64,000 nt of DNA, taken from assembly GCA_963733855.1 (NCBI GenBank), contig CAVTEL010000011.1, forward strand, positions 31,691 to 95,690, written 5' to 3'. The notes under the pieces were generated by a model, which searched no databases, was not told where the DNA came from, and saw only the letters and a list, made by a program, of their open reading frames with translations. This document shows positions 46,010-57,528 of the stretch, piece after piece. Position 1 is the stretch's first letter. Each line of letters opens with the position of its first letter. The stretch comes from an uncultured Actinomycetes bacterium. GTDB taxonomy: Bacteria > Actinomycetota > Thermoleophilia > Gaiellales > Gaiellaceae. The translations under genes were made by a program, and so were the position numbers.

Positions 46010-48954
46010 CTACGACGGAAGAGCGCGCGCGGCGAGGCGCGCGACCGCCGCGACATTGCCCTTGCGCTCGTACTCCGCGACTGCGCGGCCGCGAGCCGCC
46101 TCGTCCCCTGTCACCTCCCAGATGCCGAGGAAGGCGCGCGCCTTGAGGTCTGGGCAATCGGTTTGCTCGGCCAGCTGGACGGCCTGTCGAGCAAGGTCTG
46201 GCTCATGGGCGGCCTTGGCTCGCGCCAGACGCCACATCACCTGCGTCACCACGTCCTCCGCAGCGGCATCGTCACGGCTCAGCTGCGCGTAGTACAGGGC
46301 TTCGGCGTCGTCGCCCTCTGATGCAAGGGCGTCCGCGAGGTATGCGGCCATGGTGGACCCCACGCTGGTGATGCCCATCTCCTGCAGCTCGCCGAACGCC
46401 CAGCGCAAGATCGCGATCGCCTCCTCCGGCCGACCGGCGAGCGCCTCGATATCCGCGGCGCCGAATGCCCGAGCCGCGATGCGTAGGCGCTGACCGAACT
46501 GCTCGTCGAGCGCGCGGGCCTTCGCCTGGAGTAAGCGGGCCTGCTCCAGATCGCCGCGCATGGCGCTGAGGCCCGCGATGGTGCCGGTGATCGAAGCGCT
46601 CAGCGACCTGTCGTCAGGTCTCTCGGCGAGCAGCTCTTCGCAGCGCGCGATCGCCTTGTCAGCCGGCATTGGACCGTAGTAGAGGGCCTGGACGAGTTGG
46701 GCTGCGAGCGTGGCGAACTCACCCGCATCGCCCGCCTTACGGGCGTGCTCGAGCGCGCGCTCGAGATACTCCGCCCGCTGGCCCCAACGGCAGGCGTTGA
46801 CATGAACCTCGCTCTTCAGCCACCACGCCTTGGCGAGGCCGAGGTCGTCGTCGAGGTCCTCGAGGAGGGGGATGATCTCGTCGGCAACTTCGGCGATCTC
46901 CTCGACTGAGCCCTCGGGTCTCGTGAAGGCGCGGAAGAACGCACGGTCGATCAGCGTGCGGAGCTCCAGGCCCCGGTCGCCCGCTGCTTGCGCGCCCTCG
47001 AGCGCCTCGTCGAGGAAGCGCTCGGCCCGCGTGAAGTCGCCTGTGCGCATGAGCGCCCCACCAAGGATCGGAAGGATTTCCCGTCGCTGCTCGTGGGAAT
47101 CGGGCAGGAGCGCTGCCGCCCGGGTGAGGAGCGTGACCGCGGCCGGGAGGTCCCCGCGTCCTACTGCTCGGCGCCCGGCGCGGGCAAGCCGCTCGCCGGC
47201 CTGGGCCGCGAGGGACTCGTCGGCCGCGCCGAGCTCCTGCCGGTAACGAAATGCCTGCTCCAGGTGGTAGCCGATGATTTCGTCCAGCTCTCCCGCCGAC
47301 CGTGCGAGCCAGTTCGCGTACCGCTCGTGGAGCTCGGCTCGGCTGGCCTTCGCGACGCCGAGGTAGGCCGCGTCGCGGATCAGGATGTGGCGGAAGCGGA
47401 AGCCGTCGTCGCCGGGAATCAGCGAGCGGTCCGGCTCGATGAGGTCCCGGCGGACCAGTGAGAGGAGCATCGAGCCCACGGCCTGATCTCCGGAGAGCGA
47501 GTTGACGGCACCGGCGGTGAACTCGCGCCCGATCACGGCTGCCTGCTCCAGAACGGCGCGCTCCTCCTCCGCCAGCCGGTCGAGGCGCGCCGCGAGCAGC
47601 GCGTGGATCGTGGGCGGGATCGCCTCTGCCGGAGACCCCTCGACCGCAAGCGCGAGCATCTGCTCGACGAACAGCGGATTGCCCTCCGCGCCGGCGAGGA
47701 TCCGCTCCCGCTCGCTCTCGTCGATCTCCGCCCCGAGTGCTTCGACGAGGCGCTCCGAATCGTCCTCGGAGAGCGGCTCGAGCGCAACGACGAGCGAGCT
47801 GGTCGCGCTCCAGGTCGGCCGGTGCTCCAGCAGCTCGGGCCGCGCGAGGCCGAGGACGAGAACCGGTGCGTCGGTCGTCCAACCGACGAGGTACTCGAGG
47901 AGGTCGAGGAACGTCGGCTCGGCCCACTGGAGCTCGTCGATCCCGAGGATGATCGGGCGCTCTCGCGCCATGTGCTCGAGAAACCGGCGGACGGCCCAGA
48001 ACGTCTCCTCGCCGCCGGGCGGCGCCTCCTCTGAGCCGACGGCGCCCGCGAGCCTGTTTGCGATCCGGTCCGCGTCCTCCGCGCCCTCGAGGAACTGCGC
48101 GATCCCCTCCTGGGTCAGGCTCCCTGTCGCGGAGAGGACGATTCCGCGCAGTGGCCAGTACGTGATCCCCTCGCCGTACTCGAGACAGCGCCCCACGAGC
48201 GTCGTCGCACGGCCGCGGGTGGCCGAGAAGACCTCATTGCCGAGCCGGGACTTCCCGATACCCGCCGGGCCGACGATGGTCGCCAGGCGGCACCGCCGTT
48301 CGCGATCGGCCGCGTCCAGCTCGGTCTCGAGCGCCGCCAGCTCGTCCTCGCGCCCGACCATCGGTGTGTCGAGCCTCCGCGGGAAGGGCGGCGCGCCCTC
48401 GACGACGCCGAGCAGGCGCCAGGCGCGCACGGGCTCGGCCTTGCCCTTGAGCTCCAGCGGCTCCATCGGCTCGACGAGCACCGCGTTCGAGACGAGCCGG
48501 TAGGTCGAGTCGCCGAGCAGGATCTCGCCGGAGCGGGCTGCGGCCTCGAGCCGCTGCGCGGTCGCTACGGCAGCGCCGGTGGCGAACGACTGCCTGTCGG
48601 TGGGGTCACCGGCGACGACCTCGCCGGTATTGACGCCGGTCCGAATCGCGAGCCGCACGCCGTGGGTTTCCTCCAGGTCCTGGTTGAGCGACCGAGCGCG
48701 GTGCGCATGTCCATGGCGGCCCGAACAGCGCGCAGCGCGTCGTCGTCGTGGACGGTCGGGATGCCGAACACGGCCATGGCCGCGTCGCCGATGAACTTCT
48801 CCACGGTGCCGCCGTGCCGCTCGAGCTCCCGGCGGACGACGGCGTAGTACTGCTCCATCACGCCGCGCATCACCTCAGGGTCGAGCGCCTCGCCGAGCGG
48901 CGTGGAGTTCGCGATGTCGGAGAAGACGACGGTGACCGTCTTCCGGGCAGCCAT
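46010..48954 (-). CDS. class III adenylate/guanylate cyclase fused to STAND NTPase and TPR-like repeats, one apparent frameshift
   Basis: Cyclase VTVVFSDIANST..KFIGDAAMAVFG..IRTGVNTGEVVAG; P-loop GPAGIGKS; long helical-repeat C-terminus. ORF 48565..48954 joins ORF 46010..48658 near 48670-48700. Confidence 0.85.
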
Positions 48955-49002
48955 GGTCAGACTCTAGGGGGCTAAACCGGCTGTCTCTAGACTGTTCCGC
49001 CG

Positions 49003-50328
49003 GTGTTCGACACGCTCGGTGACAAGCTCAACGCCGCCCTCGGCCCGCTTCGGAGCCGCGGAAAGCTCGACGAAGAGGTGATTTCGCGCTCGATGCGCGA
49101 GATCCGTCTGGCGCTGCTCGAGGCGGACGTCAACTTCCGCGTCGTCAAGGACTTCGTGGCCCGCGTCAAGGAGCGCGCGCTCGGCCAGGACGTCGCGCGC
49201 AGCCTCACTCCCGGCCAGCAGGTCGTGAAGATCGTCCACGAGGAGCTGACGACCCTGATGGGCACCGGGGACTCCAAGCTCGTGTTCGCGGGCAAGGGGC
49301 CGACCGTGATCCTGCTCGCCGGGCTTCAGGGCTCGGGCAAGACGACCGCCGCGGCCAAGCTGGCGCTGCTGCTCCGCAAGGAGGACCGCGCGCCGGCGCT
49401 CGTCGCCGCCGACCTCCAGCGCCCGGCCGCCGTCGAGCAGCTCCAGCAGCTCGGCCGCCAGATCCAGATCCCGGTCTTCACCGGCACGGAGCCGGTCGAG
49501 GCCGCGAAGGACGGGATCGAGCAGGCAAGGGCGCAGGGCCGCGACGTCGTGATCGTCGACACCGCCGGCCGGCTCCAGATCGACGAGGACCTGATGGAGG
49601 AGCTGGGCAGGATCAGGGACGCCGTCAAGCCGACGAACGTCCTGCTCGTGCTCGACGCCATGACCGGCCAGGAGGCCGTCTCGGTCGCGGAGGCGTTCCA
49701 GGAGCGGGTCGCGTTCGACGGCGTCGTCCTCACGAAGCTCGACGGTGACGCACGCGGCGGCGCCGCACTCTCCGTGAACGCCGTCACCGGCAAGCCGGTG
49801 AAGCTCGCTTCGGTCGGCGAGAAGCTCGACCAGCTCGAGTACTTCTATCCCGACCGGATGGCCTCGCGGATCCTCGGGATGGGCGACGTCATGACCCTGA
49901 TCGAGAAGGCCGAGGAGGCCGCGTCCGAGGAGGACCAGGCGGCGATGGAGGCGCGGATGCGCGCCGGCGAGTTCAGCTTCGACGACTTCCTGACGAGCTT
50001 TCGGATGATGCGGAAGATGGGCCCGCTCAAGGGCGTCCTCGGCATGGTCCCGGGACTCGGGAAGCAGCTCAAGGGGCTCGACGTCGACGAGGCAGAGCTC
50101 TCACGCGTGGAGGCGATCGTCCTCTCGATGACGCCGCAGGAGCGCCGGATGCCGCACCTGATCGACGGGTCGCGGCGCAAGCGGATCGCGGCCGGCAGCG
50201 GCACCGACATCCAGCAGGTGAACAAGCTGCTCTCGGCGCGGAAGCAGATGCAGAAGATGATGAAGCAGATGGGGAAGGGCAAGATGCCCGGGCTCCCACC
50301 GGAGCTGATGAAGGCACAACGGAGGTGA
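49003..50328 (+). CDS. ffh: signal recognition particle protein Ffh
   Basis: Intact 441 aa. [25 protein letters not shown], Met-rich M domain. Confidence 0.97.
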   Translation: MFDTLGDKLNAALGPLRSRGKLDEEVISRSMREIRLALLEADVNFRVVKDFVARVKERALGQDVARSLTPGQQVVKIVHEELTTLMGTGDSKLVFAGKGPTVILLAGLQGSGKTTAAAKLALLLRKEDRAPALVAADLQRPAAVEQLQQLGRQIQIPVFTGTEPVEAAKDGIEQARAQGRDVVIVDTAGRLQIDEDLMEELGRIRDAVKPTNVLLVLDAMTGQEAVSVAEAFQERVAFDGVVLTKLDGDARGGAALSVNAVTGKPVKLASVGEKLDQLEYFYPDRMASRILGMGDVMTLIEKAEEAASEEDQAAMEARMRAGEFSFDDFLTSFRMMRKMGPLKGVLGMVPGLGKQLKGLDVDEAELSRVEAIVLSMTPQERRMPHLIDGSRRKRIAAGSGTDIQQVNKLLSARKQMQKMMKQMGKGKMPGLPPELMKAQRR

Positions 50329-50329
50329 A

Positions 50330-50572
50330 ATGGCAGTTCGCATGAGATTGACGCGGGTCGGGTCGAAGAAGAACCCGATCTACCGCGTCGTGGTCGCCGA
50401 CCAGCGCTCGCCGCGGGACGGCAGGTTCATCGAGATCGTCGGGCGCTACAACCCGCAGACCGACCCGTCGACGATCGAGTTCGACGAGGAGAAGGTGCGC
50501 GAGTGGCTCGGCAAGGGCGCCCAGCCGTCGAACACGGTCTCGCGCCTGCTCAAGGTCAAGAACATTGGCTGA
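50330..50572 (+). CDS. rpsP: 30S ribosomal protein S16
   Basis: [24 protein letters not shown]. Confidence 0.95.
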   Translation: MAVRMRLTRVGSKKNPIYRVVVADQRSPRDGRFIEIVGRYNPQTDPSTIEFDEEKVREWLGKGAQPSNTVSRLLKVKNIG

Positions 50573-50795
50573 GCTGCTCGCGTACCTCGCGAGGCAGCTC
50601 GTGGACGATCCCGACGCGGTTCGCGTCGAAGAGGTGGAGAGCGAGGATGCGCTCGTCCTCCGTCTCCATGTCGCGAAGGACGACGTCGGGAAGGTGATCG
50701 GCCGCCAGGGGCGGATCGCGCGGGCGCTGCGGGCGATCGTTCGCGCGGGCGGCGCGCGCCAGCGCCGGCGGCTCGTGCTCGAGATCGCCGATTAG
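50565..50795 (+). CDS. KH-domain RNA-binding protein (YlqC family)
   Basis: 76 aa; GxxG loop [17 protein letters not shown]; conserved rpsP-KH-rimM order. Confidence 0.85.
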   Translation: MAELLAYLARQLVDDPDAVRVEEVESEDALVLRLHVAKDDVGKVIGRQGRIARALRAIVRAGGARQRRRLVLEIAD

Positions 50796-51261
50796 CGACC
50801 AGGAATTCGTCACCGTCGGCCGGGTGGGGAAGCCGCACGGCCTGGACGGCTCGTTCGTCGTCGAGCAGGCGAGCGAGGACCCGAAGCGCTTCGAGCCGGG
50901 CGCGGTCCTGCGCGCCGGCGGCGAGGAGGTCCGCGTCGAGGAGCGCAAGCACTCGGGCGGCCGCCTCGTGATCCGGCTCGACCGGCCGGTTCCCCGCGGG
51001 ACGACGCTCGAGGTCCCGCGGGCGGAGCTGCCGGCGGCCGGCGCCGGGCGAGTACTACGTCTTCGAGCTCGTCGGACTCGAGGTCGAGGAGGAAGGCGGC
51101 CGGAAGCTGGGCGTCGTCACCGACGTCGTCCCCGGACCGGCGAACGACGCCTTGGAGCTCGACACGGCTATCCTGCTCCCGCTCGTCGAGGCCTGTGTCC
51201 GACAGGTCGACCTCGACGGGCGCCGAATCCTGGTGGCGCACGGTTTCGCGCCGACAACTAA
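50791..51261 (+). CDS. rimM: 16S rRNA processing protein RimM, two apparent frameshifts
   Basis: VGRVGKPHGLDGSFVV; PRC-barrel half (EYYVFELVGLEV..LPLVEACVRQVDL) lies in a second frame. Joins near 51040 and 51250. Start unresolved (ATT 50791 or GTG 50824). Confidence 0.8.
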   Translation: MSDQEFVTVGRVGKPHGLDGSFVVEQASEDPKRFEPGAVLRAGGEEVRVEERKHSGGRLVIRLDRPVPRGTTLEVPRAELPAAGAGRVLRLRARRTRGRGGRRPEAGRRHRRRPRTGERRLGARHGYPAPARRGLCPTGRPRRAPNPGGARFRADN

Positions 51262-51273
51262 CCTGCTCAAGCC

Positions 51274-51931
51274 CTGCGCCTCGACGTCTTCACGCTGGTT
51301 CCCCATGTCTTCGCTGCTGTCTCCGAACAACGCCCAGTCGCCTCCGTCCTCGGTGGGGAGCTCGACCTGCGCCTCTTCAACTACCGGGACTGGGCTCCCG
51401 GCGGCGAGGTCGACGACGAGCCGTACGGCGGCGGCCCGGGCATGGTCCTGCGGGTCGACGTCGTCGCCGCGTCGCTCGAAGGCGTCTACGGCGGGCTGCC
51501 GGAGCACCGGGTGGTCGCGCTGACGCCCCAGGGTCGCCAGCTCGACCAGGGGGTCGTCGACGAGCTCGCCGGGGAGGAGCACCTGACGCTGCTCTCGGCC
51601 CGGTTCGAGGGCTTCGACGAGCGAATCGTGGAGCACCTCGCGAGCGACGCGATCTCGATCGGGCCGTACGTCCTCTCCGGCGGCGAGCTGCCGGCGATGG
51701 TCGTGGCCGACGCCGTGGCCCGGCGGCTGCCGGGCGCGCTCAGCGAGGGCTCCGGCTCGGAGGAGAGCTTCTCGGCCGAGCTCGAGAGGTGGGCTCGAGT
51801 ACCCGCACTACACGCGGCCGGCGGAGTTCCGCGGCTGGACGGTGCCGGACGTCCTGCTGTCGGGCGACCACGCCCGGATCGCGGACTGGCGGCGGGAGCA
51901 GAGCCGCATGCGGACAGCGGATCGGGCATGA
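51274..51931 (+). CDS. trmD: tRNA (guanine37-N1)-methyltransferase TrmD, one apparent frameshift
   Basis: [13 protein letters not shown].., [26 protein letters not shown], end ..[28 protein letters not shown]. Only CTG 51274 is available as start. Join near 51790. Confidence 0.88.
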
Positions 51932-52530
51932 GGAACCCCGTCGACCGTCTCACGCACCGCCTGCCGCGGCCCTGGAGGGTTGCGATCGACTGGGTGGTCA
52001 CGATCGTCGGCGCCGTCGCGATCGTGCTCGCGATCAAGCAGTGGGTCGTGAACCCGTACCGGATCCCGTCCTCGTCCATGGAGCCGACGCTTCACTGCGC
52101 CGGCTCGGGGCTGGGCTGCACCTCGCGCTTCTCCGACCGGGTGCTCGCGAACCGCTTCATCTACCACTTCACGGATCCAGAGCGGGGCGACATCGTCGTC
52201 TTCACGACGCCGGAGCGCGCGCGGAAGGACTGCGGCGCCGGCGGGACGTTCGTCAAGCGGATCGTCGGGCTTCCCGGCGAGACGTGGGAGATGCGCAACG
52301 GCTTCGTCTACATCAACGGCAGGCGCCTGAACGAGCCCTACGTGAAGGAGGACCGGCGTGACGTGGACACGAGGCCGCCCGAGAAGATCCCGCCGGGCCA
52401 GTACTTCGTGATGGGCGACAACCGGGCCCAGTCGTGCGATTCCCGCGTGTGGGGCCCGCTGGCGCGGGACAACCTGATCGGCAAGGTTTTCGCGATCTAT
52501 TTCCCGCCGAGACGAATCGGCTTGCGCTAG
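51928..52530 (+). CDS. lepB: signal peptidase I
   Basis: ATGA overlap with trmD. TM anchor, catalytic SSSMEPTL and [20 protein letters not shown]. Confidence 0.9.
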   Translation: MRNPVDRLTHRLPRPWRVAIDWVVTIVGAVAIVLAIKQWVVNPYRIPSSSMEPTLHCAGSGLGCTSRFSDRVLANRFIYHFTDPERGDIVVFTTPERARKDCGAGGTFVKRIVGLPGETWEMRNGFVYINGRRLNEPYVKEDRRDVDTRPPEKIPPGQYFVMGDNRAQSCDSRVWGPLARDNLIGKVFAIYFPPRRIGLR

Positions 52531-52538
52531 CATCCCGC

Positions 52539-52558
52539 GGTCGGGCCGCCGCCCGACC
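52539..52558 (+). terminator. GC-rich hairpin GGTCGGGC-CGCC-GCCCGACC followed by CTTTG
   Basis: 8-bp stem 9 nt after the lepB stop. The U-tract is weak. Could instead belong to the rplS leader. Confidence 0.3.
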
Positions 52559-52565
52559 CTTTGCC

Positions 52566-53042
52566 ATGGCCAATCCCATCGAGACACTCGAGCGCAAGCA
52601 GCTGCGCGCCGACCGTCCGGAGTTCAAGGCTGGGGACACGGTCCGTGTCCACTTCCAGGTCATCGAGGGACAGCGCCGCCGGATCCAGGTCTTCGAGGGC
52701 ATCGTCCTCAAGCGACAGGGCTCGGGCTCCCGTGAGACCTTCACGGTGCGGAAGCAGTCGTTCGGCGTCGGCGTCGAGCGGACGTTCCCGCTGCACTCGC
52801 CGAAGATCGAGCGGATCGAAGTGATGGCAATCGGCGACGTGAACCGCGCGAAGCTCTACTACTTGCGCGGGAAAGTGGGCAAGAAGGCGCGCGTGCGCGA
52901 GCGCCGTGATGGGGTGCGGCTATCCTCGGCCGGTGCCGCAGCCGTCGTCGCCGAACAGCCTCCCGACGAAGATTCCGGGCCGGAAGAGGCCGTCGAGGCC
53001 GCGGCCGACGAGCTCGAGCCCGAAGCCTCAGAAGAGGGGTAG
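52566..53042 (+). CDS. rplS: 50S ribosomal protein L19 with acidic C-terminal extension
   Basis: [30 protein letters not shown]..; about 44 extra acidic residues beyond the usual length. Confidence 0.9.
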   Translation: MANPIETLERKQLRADRPEFKAGDTVRVHFQVIEGQRRRIQVFEGIVLKRQGSGSRETFTVRKQSFGVGVERTFPLHSPKIERIEVMAIGDVNRAKLYYLRGKVGKKARVRERRDGVRLSSAGAAAVVAEQPPDEDSGPEEAVEAAADELEPEASEEG

Positions 53043-53688
53043 AAGGCTCCTCGAGTTCGACCGCCGCTTCGGGCGGCGGTTCGTCGCCGGGGTGGACGAG
53101 GCGGGCCGCGGTTCCTTGGCGGGACCGCTGGTCGTCGCCGGGGTCCTCTTCGACTACGAGCTCCTGCGAGACCACCGCTGCCGGCCGCTGGCGGGCCTGA
53201 ACGACTCGAAGCAGCTGACCGCCGAGGAGCGGGAAGCGCTGTTCCACGGCGTGGTGGCCTGCGCGAGGTCGTTCACGGTGCGTGTCGTGTCGTCGTCCGA
53301 GATCGACCGCAACGGGCTGCATCGGTCGAACCTCGAGGGGATGCGCTCGTGCCTGCGGGAGCTGGCGCCGCCGGCGGAGGCGTGCCTGGTGGACGGGTTC
53401 CGGCTGGGGCCTTCTGCGCCGGTGCACACGGCGGTCGTGGACGGGGACGAGCGGTCGGCGGCGATCGCCGCTGCGTCGATCATCGCGAAGGTGGTGCGGG
53501 ACCGCGCGATGCGGCGGATGGACGCGCTGTTTCCCGCGTATGGGTTCTCGTCGCACGTCGGCTACATCACGCCGCGGCACTCGGCGGTCGTGAGGGAGCG
53601 CGGCCCGTCGGAGATCCACCGGCGGTCGTTCCAGGCGCTCTGCTACCTCTCGCCGGAGGAGCTGGCCGCGAGGCTCGAGGAGGAATGA
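52906..53688 (+). CDS. rnhB: ribonuclease HII
   Basis: [37 protein letters not shown]. The only canonical start is GTG 52906, which overlaps the rplS tail by 137 nt. Confidence 0.85.
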   Translation: MMGCGYPRPVPQPSSPNSLPTKIPGRKRPSRPRPTSSSPKPQKRGRRLLEFDRRFGRRFVAGVDEAGRGSLAGPLVVAGVLFDYELLRDHRCRPLAGLNDSKQLTAEEREALFHGVVACARSFTVRVVSSSEIDRNGLHRSNLEGMRSCLRELAPPAEACLVDGFRLGPSAPVHTAVVDGDERSAAIAAASIIAKVVRDRAMRRMDALFPAYGFSSHVGYITPRHSAVVRERGPSEIHRRSFQALCYLSPEELAARLEEE

Positions 53689-54021
53689 ACCGGACGGGCG
53701 CGCGGGCCGAGCGCCGGGCGCGCCTCTTCTATCTGCTTCGCGGCTACCGGGTGCTGGAGCGCGAACTGCGGCCGGGTGCGGGTGGAGGTCGATCTGATCC
53801 TGCGTCGGGGCCGTCGGCTGGTGTTCTGCGAGGTGAAGGCGAAGCTCGGCGAGCGGTTCGGCGATCCGGCCGAGATGGTCGGGCTGGAGAAGCAGGAGCG
53901 TCTGAGGCGGGCCGCCGAAGCGTGGCTGGCAGAGCATCCGGAGGCGGCGGAGTGGGAGGTGCGCTTCGACGTCGTCTCGGTGACGCCGCGGGGCGTGCGG
54001 CGCGTGGCGAACGCGTTCTAG
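53685..54021 (+). CDS. YraN family (UPF0102) endonuclease, one apparent frameshift
   Basis: ATGA overlap with rnhB. GARAERRARLFYLLRGYRVLERN.. then ORF 53776..54021 (EVDLILRRGRRLVFCEVKA). Join near 53765. Confidence 0.8.
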
Positions 54022-54054
54022 GACTCCTCCGCCGCCCGGCGAAGGAGGTTCGTC

Positions 54055-55166
54055 GTGGCGCCGACGCAGGATGCGCTCTACGCGGAGATCGACCTCGAGC
54101 TTTCCTGGTCGGAGCGCGACCTTCCCGAGCGCGAGCGGACGAAGCACGTCCACCGGCTCCATCCGTACCTCGGCAAGTTCATTCCGCAGCTGGTCGAGGC
54201 GCTGCTCGGCCGGTACGTCCCGGCGCGTGGGCGGGTGCTCGATCCGTTCGCCGGCTCGGGGACGACGCTCGTCCAGTCGCTCGAGAGCGGGCGAGACGCT
54301 GTCGGTGTCGACATCGCGGCGTTCAACTGCCTGCTCATGAGCGTCAAGACGCGGCGCTACGACCTCTTCTCGCTCGAGTCGGAGCTGCGTGACGTCGTGC
54401 GTCGGGTGGAGGCGTTCGACGGGGGCGGGCCTGCCGCGTCCGGCTACGCGGCCGAGTGGTACGCGCCGAGGGCGGCCTCGGAGCTGCTCGCATTCCGGGA
54501 GCTGGTGGGCGAGTACGAGCACCAGGACGTGCTCCGCGTCATCCTTGCCCGCGCCGCCCGTTCGGCGCGACGCACGACCCACTTCGACCTGGACTTCCCG
54601 CGCGCGCCGCAGCTGGAGCCGTACTGGTGCCACAAGCACAAGCGGATCTGCCGGCCGGTCGAGCGCGCGGAGCACTTCCTGCGGCGGTACACGCTCGACA
54701 CGCTGGCGCGGATCAAGGAGTTCGCGCGCGTGCGCGCGCGTGGGCGAGAGGCTGAAGTTCTGCACGGGGACGCGCGGGAGATGGGTTACGGCGGCCGGTT
54801 CGACGCGGTCGTGACGTCACCGCCGTATCCGGGGCTGATCGACTACCACGAGCAGCATCGGTACGCCTACGAGCTGCTGGGTCTCGAGGACCGCCGTGCG
54901 GTCGAGCTCGGCGCGGCTGCTCGCGGCACGAGCGTCGGCGGCGCTCGCGGAGTACGTCGAGGGAATCGCCGCGGTGCTCGCGCACGCACGGAAGTCCCTG
55001 CGGCGCATGCACCGGTCGTGATCGTCGTCCACGACCGGCGCGAGCTCTTTCCGCAGATCCTCGATCGGGCGGGCCTGCGGCTCGAGGAACGTCTTCGCCG
55101 CCATGTGAACCGCCGGACGGCCGGCGAGCCGGCGAGTTCTTCGAGGACATCCTGATCGCCCGCTAG
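54055..55166 (+). CDS. putative DNA amino-methyltransferase (motif I before motif IV), about three apparent frameshifts near the 3' end
   Basis: SAM motif VLDPFAGSGTT, catalytic VVTSPPYPGLIDY. C-terminal region read across frames (..ALAEYVEGIAAVLAHARKSL.., PVVIVVHDRRELF.., ..GEFFEDILIAR*). Joins near 54935, 55005, 55125. Confidence 0.7.
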
Positions 55167-55227
55167 CGCGGTTTCGGCGCGAAGTCGGCACAGACACGCG
55201 CGTCTTTGAGCCGTACCGTCGGCGGGT

Positions 55228-56686
55228 GTGCTCGGACGGACGGTTACCCATGCTCTCGTAGGGCTCGAGGCTCGCAAGGTGGAGGTCGAGGCGCACCTCC
55301 AGAACGGGGTTCCGGGGCTCGCGATCGTGGGCCTGGCCGACCGGGCGTGCCAGGAGGCGAAGCATCGAGTCCGGAGCGGGATCGCGTCCGCCGAGCTCGA
55401 GTGGCCGCAGCGGAGGATCACCGTCAACCTCGCGCCCGCGGCGCTGCGGAAGGAGGGATCGGGATTCGACCTTCCGATCGCGCTCGCGATCCTGGCCGCG
55501 TCTCGACAGTTCCCGCCGGACCGCCTGGCTGGGCATGCGGCGATCGGCGAACTGGCGCTCGACGGGCGGCTGCGGCCGGTGGCCGGCGTGCTCGCGGCCG
55601 CCGAGGGTGCGCGTGGGGCCGGGCTCGGGCGTCTGGTCTGCGCAGCCGAGTCGGCGGCGGAGGCGGCCCTGGCCGGCGTCGAGCCGATTCCCGCCCACCA
55701 TCTGGCCGAGGTCGTCGGGTACCTTCGCGGCGAGCACGAGCCGTCGCCGGTCGAGGCAGCGTCCAACGGTCACGTGAGACCCGACGTGCCAGACCTGGCG
55801 GACGTGCGGGGTCAGGAGCGAGCGCGGAGAGCCCTCGAACTGGCTGCGGCCGGCGGCCACAACCTCCTGTTTGCAGGGCCGCCGGGAATCGGCAAGTCGA
55901 TGCTGGCGCGGCGCCTGCCCGGGGTGCTGCCGGCGATGACGAGGGACGAGGCGCTCGAGGTCACGCGGATCCACTCCGTCGTCGGGCTGCTGTCGCGCGA
56001 GCGGCCCCTGGTGGACCGGCGGCCGTTCCGGTCACCGCACCACAGCGCGTCGGTGGCGGCGATCGTCGGCGGCGGCCCTGGGCCGAGGCCGGGTGAGGCG
56101 ACGCTCGCGCATCGAGGCGTCCTCTTCCTGGACGAGCTGCCCGGAATTCCAGCGACCGGTGCTCGAGGCGCTGCGCCAGCCGCTCGAGGACGGCGAGATC
56201 GCGGTCGCGCGGGTGGGAGGGAGGGCGGTCTTCCCGGCGCGGTTCCAGCTCGTTGCGTCCATGAACATGTGTCCTTGCGGAGGGCGCGGCGATGCGGGTG
56301 CGGATTGCCAGTGCTCGGCCCAGCGGCTGGCCGCGTTTCGCGAGAAGCTCTCGCGTGCGCTCCTCGATCGCTTCGACCTCGTCGTCGCGCTGCCTCGTCC
56401 TCGCGCGGCGGAGCTGGGCGGAGCCGGGGGCGAGCCCTCGAGCGCCGTCGCCGGTCGAGTGGCTGCGGCTCGGCGACGACTCGCGGGTCGTCCGCTCGAG
56501 CGCACGGATCCGGCGACGGCGCTCCTCGACCGGGCAGTCGAGCGGTTGCCGCTCTCCGGTCGTGGGCGGGCGCGGGTGGCGCGCGTCGCGCGGACGGTTG
56601 CTGCCCTCGCGGCCGCAGAGGCCGTCGAGGAGGAGCATGTCGCCGAGGCGCTCGCCTACCGCTCGCCGCGGGAGCTGGCGCAGTGA
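55228..56686 (+). CDS. comM: Mg-chelatase-like AAA+ protein ComM/YifB, one apparent frameshift
   Basis: Lon-like N domain, Walker A GPPGIGKS, Walker [11 protein letters not shown], zinc-like CPCGG...C.C. Join near 56145. Confidence 0.9.
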
Positions 56687-57528
56687 AGCTCGCGCGCTCA
56701 GACGTGCGCTTTCCACCGCGGTTGAAGGCGATCTTCGATCCGCCTCCGTCGCTCTATCTGCGTGGCTCGGGCGAGCCGGAGCTGCTCGGGCGGAGAGCAG
56801 TCGGCGTCGTGGGGGCGCGATCGTGCTCGCCCTACGGCGCGCAGGTTGCGCGGATGCTCGGCCGTGAGCTCGCGGCCGCCGGCCTCGTCGTCGTCAGCGG
56901 GCTTGCGCGAGGGATCGACGGCGAGGCACATCGTGGCGCCCTCGAGAGCGGCGGGCCGACTGTCGGCGTACTGGGGTGCGGCATCGACCGCGACTACCCG
57001 GCCATGAACGCAGCCCTCTCACGACGGATGGAGGACGGCGGTCTCGTCATCTCGGAGTACGAAGCCGGGGTGGAACCGGCGCCGTGGAGGTTCCCGGCGA
57101 GGAATCGGATCATCGCGGGGCTCTGCGAGGCGGTCGTCGTCGTGGAAGCCAGAGAGCGGAGCGGCGCGCTGATCACGGCCGACTTCGCTCTCGAGGAGGG
57201 CAGAGAGGTCTTCGCAGTGCCCGGCGAGATCACGAGCGCGCTGTCGGTCGGGTCGAACGCTCTCCTGCGGCTCGGCGCCACGCCGCTGACCGGGTCGGGA
57301 GACGTGCTCGAAGCGCTCGGCATCGAACGCGCCGCGGCGACGGAGGATCCGGACGTCTCCGAGGCCGCCAAGCGCCTGCTGGTGCTGGTTCGCGACACGC
57401 CGTCTGCCGCGGACGAGCTGGTCGCCAAGGCCTCGCTTGCGGCCGGCGCGGTCAGCGTCGCGCTGACAGAGCTGGAGCTCGCGGGCCTGGTGGCGGCGGC
57501 CGACGGTGTGTACAGGGCGGTGCGATGA
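56683..57528 (+). CDS. dprA: DNA-processing protein DprA
   Basis: GTGA overlap with com[36 protein letters not shown]; C-terminal winged-helix-like part. Confidence 0.9.
   Translation: MKLARSDVRFPPRLKAIFDPPPSLYLRGSGEPELLGRRAVGVVGARSCSPYGAQVARMLGRELAAAGLVVVSGLARGIDGEAHRGALESGGPTVGVLGCGIDRDYPAMNAALSRRMEDGGLVISEYEAGVEPAPWRFPARNRIIAGLCEAVVVVEARERSGALITADFALEEGREVFAVPGEITSALSVGSNALLRLGATPLTGSGDVLEALGIERAAATEDPDVSEAAKRLLVLVRDTPSAADELVAKASLAAGAVSVALTELELAGLVAAADGVYRAVR

Noticed and set aside
48958-49002. Repeated CTCTAG/ACTCTAG motifs between the cyclase-STAND gene and ffh, considered as an operator.
   Set aside because: The repeats are imperfect and very short, and there is no clear symmetry.
52741-55974. 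Long minus-strand ORFs (52741..54765, 54817..55974) considered as possible restriction endonuclease partners of the methyltransferase.
   Set aside because: They are extremely Arg/Pro-rich with no recognisable nuclease motifs, and they lie antisense to well-supported genes (rnhB, yraN, methyltransferase, comM).
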